Part shown: piece after piece, positions 28,201 through 36,044 of the stretch
Numbering within the stretch: position 1 is the first letter of the stretch
Layout of the letters: the number at the start of each line of letters is the position of its first letter
Assembly: GCA_001275005.1 (NCBI GenBank)
Contig: JWZX01003407.1
Location: forward strand, 62,001-98,044
From: Chrysochromulina tobinii
Taxonomy: Eukaryota
Length of the DNA: 36,044 nucleotides
Direction of reading: 5' to 3'
Program-made: the position numbers and the translations under genes
Notes under the pieces: model-generated
What the model was told of the DNA's origin: nothing
The model's database searches: none
The model's input: the letters and a program-made list of their open reading frames with translations, nothing else

Positions 28201-31158
28201 ATCCCAGGCTGCGGACGGTGGCTGGCTCCGTAGAGGGCGATGTGACAGCGTGGACGACCGATCTGATGAGCCGCAGCTGCCACGCCTTCAGCGAAGACTC
28301 CCGCGGCAGCGGCGTCACCATCGTCCCCAAGGAGAGCCTGGAATGGCGGCGGCCCGACGCTGCCGGCTATAAGCCGGCCGCCACTGCGCGAATGGCGGCG
28401 GTGGCGATGGACGATCACGTGCTCCTATTCTTGCCGCCACCGGCAGCAGACAAGCCAGGCAAGGCGGACCTCGGGCCGGAGGACGAGCCCGGTACGGCGC
28501 TCTTCATTTGCATGGGCGACGGCGTCATTCCGGACGAGGTGCAGTCACGCTTCTGCCGGAACGCGAAACGTGGCAAATTCGTTCCGCCCGGGACCGGCGC
28601 AGTCCTCCCGTTGCCCCAGCCTGCGAACTCGAAAAAGGTGGCCGCTCCGTCGAAGTCCCCGCCCTCCGCGCGCCCTCCTTCCGCGCGTGGTGGTCGAGAG
28701 GACGGTGGGGGGCTCGGCGGTGGAGGCGAAGGCGGGGGGCGCGGGGGAGGCGGAGAGGGCGGCGGCGGCGCAGGCGGCGCAGGCGAGGGCGCTAAGGGCA
28801 TAGATCGTGCCGCCCACCCCCCGTCCGCACCCCCTTCGTCCGCGGGAGTGTCAGCTGCGGCCATGCTGGCTCTCGACGACCATCCGAATGCCGATGGCCG
28901 ATTCCATTGCAGCTCGTCGACGGCGCCCGCGGCCTTTCGGGATGGTCAACCTCACAACTACCTGCTCTCCGCGCACCACCTCAAGTACAAACGGCGGGCA
29001 GCGCCGCCAACGAAGGTCTTGAGGATGCGCGTGGTTCGGCGGCTCGCAGAGCACCTTCGGAAGCTCGCCGTCGACAAGTACGCTGCCTTCGAGGTGCCAC
29101 GACCCTCATTTGGGACTTCGAGCAGCACAGTGCGCACGCCGTTCCTTGAAGGCGGCGCACGTGTGGGCGCGGCAATGAGCACGAGCGCCAACCACATCTT
29201 GACGCTCGGCTCGTTTGATCATCTCATCTCGGCCTCCCAGACACTCTCAGGCCCTTTCCCGCCGCCTGCCCAGAGCATGGTCTTCGTCTCGCGCAGCTCG
29301 CGCATGCTACCACCGCCCGACAACCACGACTTCCCCTCGCCGCTCGACTACGCACCAAAGGTGGACCTCTCCAAGCTCAAGTCGACGTCTCCTAAGCACA
29401 CCCGGACGTCGTCCTTGGGCGCGGGCAACCACGGAGCGGGCTCGAGTCCAGCCTACCCCTTGAGCGGAGACGCGCATGCCGACCTTGATGCCGACTCGCA
29501 TGCCGCGATGATGATGCATCCCAGCAAGCCACGTCCCGCCTCCGTCGAGCCTCCACCACCCAACAGCAAGCCACGTCCCGCCTCCGTCGCCCCCCCAACA
29601 TACCGAGGCTGCTCCGACTCCTTCGCCCCGTGGGTCGGTACGGAGGTTGAGGAGAGCGGCGCGGCCACGGCCAGGGGCAGCGGCGCGATCGCGGCCGGTA
29701 CGCTTGCTGCGCGCAGCACCACTCCAGCCCGCAGCAGCGCTCGCCCAGGCACCGGACCCGCACCTAGGCCCGCACAGCCTGCCTCCATGGCCGACGTGCA
29801 GGTTACGCCACGGCCAGAAGACGAGCCGCCGCCGCGTCAAGAAGGGCGGCCTCGGCCATTCTTTTGGCCGCTGGACCCCGTCTCGCCTGGCCCTGTCTAC
29901 CTGCCCCGCCATCACTCGCACCGGCAACGAGTTTGTGGTGCCTGCTGGTAGGTCGTCCACGCTTGCCCGCAGCTCACAACTGCCGCACGCGTCGTTTTCT
30001 TCGGGCACTCCGCGCACACAGCCAATTCAGGGCTGTGCCGCCACAGGGGACGAAGTCGATGCGCTGCCTCGCCTCAAGCGACGGTCGCGACGGTCGCGGC
30101 AGTCACGCTCGAGCGCCGAACGCCTCGAACGCAGCGCCGATGCCATCAGCAGCGCACAGGAAACGGACACAGATGACGACGGTACGGTGCCAGATACAAC
30201 GGCAACCGATGATGCGGCGGCGCTCGATGCGACGGAACCCGAACCGATAACACAAGAGCCGACAAAGCAGGAGGCGACTGCACTGGAGCGCCGAGCTGGA
30301 CTACCGCGGCCGCCCTCGAGCTCGCCGCCTCGTGCTGCCAGTCGCCCCTCCCTAGGGCGGCTGCTGAAGCTCAGCCAGCAGAAGGACATCGCGGCGCGTC
30401 CTACAAACCTCGTGCAACAGCGGCTTTTTGGCCCGGCGGGCGTCAACGCAGAGCACATTGGGTTCGACATGCAGATCCAGAACCGTCGTGTCTCCCGACA
30501 CGGAGGGATGACAGCACGGCGCGCTCCGGAGCCACGGCGAGTCAAGACGCCGCCGCGGCTGACGGTGGCGCAGGAGATCGAGAAGCAGCTGGCGGAGGAG
30601 CTGGCGGCGCAGGAGATGGAGAAGCAGCTGGTTGAGGCACGACAGCAGGCAATCCTCGATGCGAGGATGGCGAAGCGCTCAGACGTGATCGCTCGCGGGG
30701 GGCTTGAGCAGGCAGCCGATGGCCACGCGCGCCCTAAGATCGGCAAGTTCATCCACGTGCCTTCCCAGATGGAGAAGCGTGCAGAGAAGCGAGGCGTGCG
30801 CGACGCCGACGCTGATGACGAAGAGAGCGCCCGCGACGGCGCGGCACGGCGGCACCAGTCGACGGCCGCTGCCCGAGAGGCGGCCCCAGAATGGACTGCC
30901 GGCGGTGGTCGCGAGCCTCGCTTCAAGGACAAGCCCCCTCCAGCCTTGACAGAAGGGGCGCCACTGGCGGGGTCCGAGCTCAGCTCAGCCGATGAAGCGG
31001 CGTTCGCGCGTGCGCGTTCGCTCGCCCTCGCCCTGGCTCTGCGCTCGCCTCGCGGCGGCACGCTGCCAAAAGCCGTCCTGCGTGACCTGCGCCGCGCAGC
31101 GTCGGCGATTACGCGCAACCAAAGCAACAGCTACGCGGAGGCGGCATCCATGGCCTGA
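25212..31158 (+). CDS. Kelch-repeat protein (~12 repeats, probably two beta-propellers) with a long disordered C-terminal tail; frame break at ~29905-29972
   Basis: Recurrent P-x-x-R-x-x-H...(F/L)GG motifs: PPARAGHS/VVFGGYD, PPPRAMHA/IVFGGW, PSDRQGHS/LLFGGE, PKARSGHS/VVFGGR/NDLHVL, KTGHSA/IFGGE, PVARAGHT/VIGGF, PTARALHS/IFGGF/DDLHVL, PMPRAGS/LLFGGH. Coding-like sequence continues in ORF 29647..31158, which lacks a good ATG of its own near the junction. Confidence 0.8.
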
Positions 31159-31363
31159 ATCGGTGAAAACGTTGCGTAATTGCATTTGTTTTCTTGATGT
31201 GAACTGGATGGGCGACCATCATCAACGAAGAGTTGTGCCCCCAAACTCCTGTTTTGGGTGCTCATTGTTTTCTACAGAGAATTCGCGCGGCGGTGCTCGG
31301 TTTCTTTGTCGACACACTGTGAGATGCGGATCCACACCGCGAATCGCATCCGCTGAGGGGACC

Positions 31364-32899
31364 ATGAGCGCCGAAGAGGGTGTGCAGTTCCCTTCCGACA
31401 GCAACGGAAAGCGTTCGACGCTCGCTGGCGGCAAGCTCATCTTCGCGGCCGCCGCTGGCGCCGCTGACGCCTCCCTCGCCGAGGCCATCTCTGGCGAGAA
31501 GAATTGGCGGCAAGAGTACACCAAGCACCTCACGCGTCTGATGGAGGTGTCCGCTGCGTCGCCGGAGAACGCACTGAAGATGGCTGACGCGGGTCTGGAC
31601 GCACTCTATACCAACTTCGAGTTCGTGCGGGATGGAGCAAATGTCCGCCTGCCCGAGGCGATGGCAAAGCCATCGGCCCAGCGCGCGCTCTCGACTGGCA
31701 AGGTCATTGGCGCAATGCCGCCTGCGCTGACGCTCGAGGTGCCCTACGAGGGTAAGCAACTCAGCGGCCCTGCCTTGAGCGCACAGATTCAGGCGTGGGC
31801 CGACTATGGTTGCATGGAGCCCGACTGTGCTGCAGCGCTCTCGTCGCTTGTCGGCGGTGGCAAAGCACTCGACTTGCGCGGCAAGGTGTTCGTGGTGCTC
31901 GGCGCAACATCGGCGCTCGGCCCCTTAAAGTCGCTGCTTCTCTGGGGTGCCACGGTCGTCGGCGTAGCGCGCCGTAAGCGTGAGAACTGGAGCAGTCTCA
32001 TCGAGTTCGCTCGCGCCTCATCGGGGACTCTCATATTCCCTCTCTACAAGCCAACCGACGCGACGGCGAGCGACGAGGTGCTCGCGGCGGCGGCGGGCGC
32101 GGATCTGATGGTGGACACACCCGAGATCGGCGCATGGCTCAAGGGCGTCCTCGCGACACTCAAGGCGCCTGCGGTCATGGGTATGTACACGTACCTCGAC
32201 TCCGACCAACATGTACGCGTCTCTCTTGCATGCGATGCGGTCATGCGCGAGGCCGTGGATTCCAAGAGCGCGAGCGGGCTCGCCTACATTCAGACGCCCT
32301 CGATCGCGGTGGATGTACCGCCGGCGGTGCACGCCGCCGCCCAGGCCGCGTACAATGCTTCCTGGTTGTCGATGCTCGGCTATGCCCCTAACGCGCGCCC
32401 AGCGGTCAAGTCTGCCACCACAGGTGCGCCGGATCGGTTCGTTGAGGACCTATTCCTCTCCCTCCAGGGCCCCAATTACGCACTTGCAAAGAGCATGCAG
32501 ATGTGGCGCCAGCTGCTCGCGCGCTGCCGCGACGGCGTCCTCGTATCAACCAACGTGGCGCCGGCCGCGCGCACCGCGTCGGTGGTCTCGGGAGATAACA
32601 AGAATGCGGGCACGGTCGCGGTGGCACTCGAAGGCACAGGCTATTTCAAGCCCTTGGCTGTCTTTGACGGCGAGACGGTGAGCGTGTGCATGGCGGCGCT
32701 GCTCGTCTACGACGTTTTGAACCCAGCGAGCCTGGCCAACCCGCGGGTGAGCCTCGCGCACCCTCACGACCTCCTCTCCGCTAACGCTTTCCATGGTGGC
32801 TACTACCGCTGCGGCATCAAGCCGGCGGCGCTCGCCAAGCTCCAGTTTCTGAGCGGCAAGCTCCTCGGCCGTGCCAAGGCGCCGCTTTCCCATCTCTGA
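31364..32899 (+). CDS. Uncharacterised Rossmann-fold (SDR-like) protein of bacterial type with C-terminal PTS1-like SHL
   Basis: ATG at 31364 in ACCATGA context, 511 aa. Dinucleotide-binding-like segment LRGKVFVVLGATSALG...GATVVGVAR, plus motifs NWRQEY, GADL, QGPNYALAK (YxxxK), NVAP and FHGG. I recall these motifs from a conserved hypothetical bacterial family (not verified). Ends ...KAPLSHL*. Confidence 0.8.
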   Translation: MSAEEGVQFPSDSNGKRSTLAGGKLIFAAAAGAADASLAEAISGEKNWRQEYTKHLTRLMEVSAASPENALKMADAGLDALYTNFEFVRDGANVRLPEAMAKPSAQRALSTGKVIGAMPPALTLEVPYEGKQLSGPALSAQIQAWADYGCMEPDCAAALSSLVGGGKALDLRGKVFVVLGATSALGPLKSLLLWGATVVGVARRKRENWSSLIEFARASSGTLIFPLYKPTDATASDEVLAAAAGADLMVDTPEIGAWLKGVLATLKAPAVMGMYTYLDSDQHVRVSLACDAVMREAVDSKSASGLAYIQTPSIAVDVPPAVHAAAQAAYNASWLSMLGYAPNARPAVKSATTGAPDRFVEDLFLSLQGPNYALAKSMQMWRQLLARCRDGVLVSTNVAPAARTASVVSGDNKNAGTVAVALEGTGYFKPLAVFDGETVSVCMAALLVYDVLNPASLANPRVSLAHPHDLLSANAFHGGYYRCGIKPAALAKLQFLSGKLLGRAKAPLSHL

Positions 32900-33312
32900 G
32901 GCATCGTGCCACAGGCCTTAGGGGACGTGATTGGGGGGGCGGGCGGACCGTGAGTGTGGAGGCTGTGGAACATGCGAGGACTGTTGAACATGTGCTGTGG
33001 AAGGTGGTTGAAAGGCCGGGCAAGGCGAGGGGAGGCTCAGGCTTGCGGAGGCGATGGCGAAAGAATGGGAGAGTCAGGCAGCCCAACTCCTCCTGCGTGC
33101 CAGCTGTGACCGTTACTGTGCACGTTAGGATGTGTGTGTGAGCGCGGTGAGGGAGTGAGTTATTGAGACACAGACACACCGTAGTACCAATACGGGGTAC
33201 AGTCCGCAAAAACTTGTCAAATGCGGACAAATCGATCGCTGCGGGGGTCCTTCCAATGTGTAGGTAGCTCAGTAAGTTCTCATCTTCTCTCGCAGCTTGA
33301 AGTTCGGGCGGA

Positions 33313-34994
33313 ATGAAGGTCACGGTGCCGCCGGCACTGAGCGACGCTCTCATGTGGACAGTGCTCACCGCCTCAACCATTGGGCCCGGGACGGTTGCCA
33401 TGTGCTCCAAAGCAGGTGCCGACTTTCAAGGCCAGCTAATCTGGTGCGTGTGCATCGCAGCATCCATCGCTTGGGTCCTTCAGGAAGGCACGGCCCGCCT
33501 CACCATTACAACGGGTCGAACGCTCGCCGAGTCGGTTCGCCACAGAACACAGTCAAGGCGAGCGGCGAGCGGGCGATGTATATTCGCCATGCTCTGTGTG
33601 ATCGGCAACTTTGCTTACGAGTGCAACAACTTTGCAGGGACAAGTGCGTGTCGTACCTTAGTGCGGCGCGCCACATCAGATCGAGCCCCCGTATCTCACT
33701 CTCGCGCGTGCCCGTCTCGGCCGCAGTGGCTGCCGTAGACATGCTCATGACGCCATCGACCCTGCTGCTCAACTTGAGCGCCGTCGACTGTAGCCCATCG
33801 GACGTCAACAGAACTGTGGGCGTATTCACCAGTGAGCCAGTCAGTGGCGGCGGCGTGCTGGCCGTCCGCCAGGCGATCAATCTGCTGCTGCTGCCGCTGA
33901 CGATGGCGACGCTTGCTTCAGGGGGCACGAAGGGCATCTCGCTGCTGCTCTCGGCTGTGGTTGGTCTGATGATCGTATGCTTCGCCACGGCACTCGGCAG
34001 CAGCGGTGTGCACGTGAACGTACTCGCGGGTCTGGTGCCGTTGATCCCAGAGGGCGGGAGCGAGCTTGCTCTCGCGGTGGTCGGCACCACTGCCATCCCG
34101 ATCAATCTGTTACTGGGCTCTTCCATCGCACGCTCCTCGACGGTGGCGGCCATGCGACGGGGAGTCGGACTCGCCTCGTCGCTCTCGGGCTTTATCTCGG
34201 TGCTCGTGCTGCTCGTAGGTACCCTCGTGCCCTCTCGGCCGCCGTGCGTCGCCTTCAAGCTCGAAGACGTGTCGCACGTGCTCGAGGCGCTCGTCGGCCC
34301 CGCGGGGCGCGTGATGTTCGCGATGGGCCTCTTCGGAGCCGGGATCTCATCGGCGCTCACAATCCCTCTCGGCACCACCCTTGCACTCGAGGAACTCTTC
34401 GGCCTCCGCCGCGAAGAAGCCGCCAAGCCGGTCCGCGGCCTGGCCGGCGCAGATGCCGCCGCGGACGCCACCGCGGACGTCACGACGGACGCCATCACAG
34501 ATCGCCCCGGCGTTCTGAGCGACCTCAGCGGCCGCTTGCGCTGGTGCCGATGGGGACGGCACGTGTTCCTTGCGACCTTCCTGGGCCTCAGCCTGATCCC
34601 GTCTCTGCTGCAGCTGCCCACGATTAGCATCATTATGACCGCGCAGATCGTCAACGGCCTTCTACTGCCGTGCGTTGCCTCGGCGCTGCTACTCTGCCTC
34701 AATGACGCCCGCAGCCACATGGGCTCTGCGCGGCCACAACCCGCGCGGTTAAACGCCCTCATGTTCCCGTGCGTCGGCATTGCCTTATATCTTGCGAGCG
34801 TCGTCTTACTCAAGCGGCTCGTCACCGCCCAAGCAAGCACAGCGATGGCCTCTGCCGTACCCGTCGCCGCAGTCGGACTGGTCTTGCTGGCCAGCTGCGT
34901 ATACGTCCTCCGCCGTGACCAACCCCAAATGCTGCGAACGGTCGAGTTCGCGACGGTCGCAGCCGCCGTCAGTAGCAGTCCTGCTTTGGCCTGA
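33313..34994 (+). CDS. NRAMP/MntH-like divalent metal transporter (bacterial-type subfamily), two exons: 33313-33643 and 33727-34994, 532 aa
   Basis: Motifs ASTIGPGTV...KAGADFQGQLIW...LQEGTARL...G, GNFAYECNN, VVGTTAIPINLLL, GLFGAGISSALTIP and AQIVNGLLLP, with about 11 hydrophobic segments. Removing the 83-nt intron joins ACA A|TG GCT in frame. Confidence 0.85.
33644..33726 (+). other. Spliceosomal intron, 83 nt
   Basis: Donor GTGCGT, branch-like CTCAC, acceptor CCGCAG. Excision fuses the two NRAMP ORFs exactly in frame. Confidence 0.85.
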
Positions 34995-35148
34995 CAACTC
35001 TGGATCGGATACGCATGCATTAAATTTCATAAACTTCCGAATGCGCTGAAACACGGGGACAGTTACGCCACGTTTCGACCCAAATTTGCCTCCCATCGTA
35101 TACACGTTGCGACGTAAACTTGTGGCCCTCGCTATTGCTAGGGTCCGC

Positions 35149-36044
35149 ATGAGCTATGCCCCTTCCGACGCGGCCGGAAAAGGCACGGCGAGGTATCCGC
35201 GCCAAGCGTCGAACGCTATGGCCGCGCGTCTCGCCGCGTTCCAGCAGTCCGCGAGCGACGACGGCAGCGTGCCCGAGCCGCTCAGAGGCGGCGCACTTCC
35301 ACAGCCACCAGGTGACATAGCAATGGCAGCAGCGAGTGACGTACGGAGAGATCCAGCTAATCGCCGACCAGTTACAGCTGGAGCAGACACGGTGGCATCG
35401 GCGGTCGAGCACGAGGCAGTACGCCAGCTGCACCAGGCGGATGTTGCACGCCTCACAATGATGCAGGCAGTGCAGCAGAAGCGTCTGGCCTTAGCGATGG
35501 CCGAGGCCGAGCGAGCCGGCGAAGAGAGCGAGCAGGAGATGGCAAAAGCAACGGAGAAGCCGGCGTTTGCTTCATCATTTGCTTCGCAGCTGGCTGCGCT
35601 GCAAAAGGAGCAAGCCATCCAGGCGGCTCAGCTCAAGGAGCTCGCGCTCAGTAAAATGGCATTCGAGTCACTGGCCGCCCTGCAAAAGGAGCATGCCGCC
35701 CAAGCGGCTGAGCTCAAGGAGCTTGCAAAGGCCATGAAGGAGGCGCTCGAAGAGCAGCGATCCTGGCTAAGTGTGATTGGCCCCGCCGCCGAGTCCAAGC
35801 AGGTCGTCGACGCTCGTGAAGCTGGACCGAGAGAGCTTCTAAGCACGGGATTCTTGGAGTCGGAACAAGCTCAAGCGCGCACGCAGAGCACCGGGGTCAC
35901 GCGCTCGGGGCTAGCCTGGGGGCTCCGGGCCGATGAGGAGCCACGGCGCTCGTGCCTGCGGCTCCTCGATTCGCCGACGGTCGACCTCTTGGTGGTGGGC
36001 GTGATCCTCGCCAACTGCGTGCTCATGGCGCTTGACGTGCCAAC
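35149..36044 (+). CDS. 5' portion of a voltage-gated Ca2+/Na+ channel alpha-subunit-like gene (runs off the window)
   Basis: Open frame from ATG 35149 to the window end, translated by hand (absent from the ORF track). A coiled-coil N-terminus leads to WGLRADEEPRRSCLRLLDSPTVDLLVVGVILANCVLMALDVP, which matches the pre-S1/S1 signature of Cav/Nav repeats (NPxRxxCxxIVxxxxFxxxIxxxIxxNCVxMA). Confidence 0.8.
   Translation, partial: MSYAPSDAAGKGTARYPRQASNAMAARLAAFQQSASDDGSVPEPLRGGALPQPPGDIAMAAASDVRRDPANRRPVTAGADTVASAVEHEAVRQLHQADVARLTMMQAVQQKRLALAMAEAERAGEESEQEMAKATEKPAFASSFASQLAALQKEQAIQAAQLKELALSKMAFESLAALQKEHAAQAAELKELAKAMKEALEEQRSWLSVIGPAAESKQVVDAREAGPRELLSTGFLESEQAQARTQSTGVTRSGLAWGLRADEEPRRSCLRLLDSPTVDLLVVGVILANCVLMALDVP
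35590..35727 (+). repeat. Diverged coding duplication with an 81-bp period in the channel N-terminus
   Basis: LAALQKEQAIQAAQLKELA (from 35590) and LAALQKEHAAQAAELKELA (from 35671). Confidence 0.8.

Noticed and set aside
30992..31363. N-terminal 124 aa of ORF 30992..32899
   Set aside because: Overlaps the end of the upstream gene and an AT-rich spacer. Conserved-looking sequence begins at ATG 31364.
33297..33726. N-terminus of ORF 33297..34994, and ORF 33313..33738 as a separate gene
   Set aside because: Both are explained by a single two-exon NRAMP-like gene with an 83-nt intron.
31364..34994. Two adjacent bacterial-like genes as an operon or bacterial contamination
   Set aside because: The NRAMP-like gene has a spliceosomal intron, the other ends in a PTS1-like signal, composition matches the flanks, and both neighbours are eukaryotic genes.

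Overview
Gene-dense, GC-rich eukaryotic nuclear DNA. A spliceosomal GT-AG intron, a HECT E3 ligase, a Kelch protein, an IQ-motif protein and a voltage-gated channel all point to a eukaryote. The high GC, scarce introns and short intergenic spacers suggest a microalga such as a haptophyte (inference only). About nine protein genes are visible: a putative plastid-targeted membrane protein (-), a small coiled-coil/IQ protein (+), a type II GT-A glycosyltransferase (+), a membrane-anchored TPR protein (-), a giant ~6,500-aa multidomain HECT ligase spanning three ORFs over ~19.5 kb (-), a head-to-head double-Kelch protein with a long disordered tail (+), a bacterial-like Rossmann-fold protein ending in a PTS1-type SHL (+), a two-exon NRAMP-like transporter with non-canonical motifs (+), and the 5' end of a Cav/Nav-type channel (+) that the ORF track misses. 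The most unusual observations are the HECT ligase architecture (3 SPRY-like, LamG-like, DOC-like, NZF, PDZ, 4 Zn fingers) and repeated reading-frame breaks inside otherwise intact genes. The breaks could be assembly indels or, in several cases, 16-35-nt introns with good splice signals. Domain calls come from reading motifs by eye and their coordinates are approximate. No RNA genes, CRISPR arrays or mobile elements were recognised.
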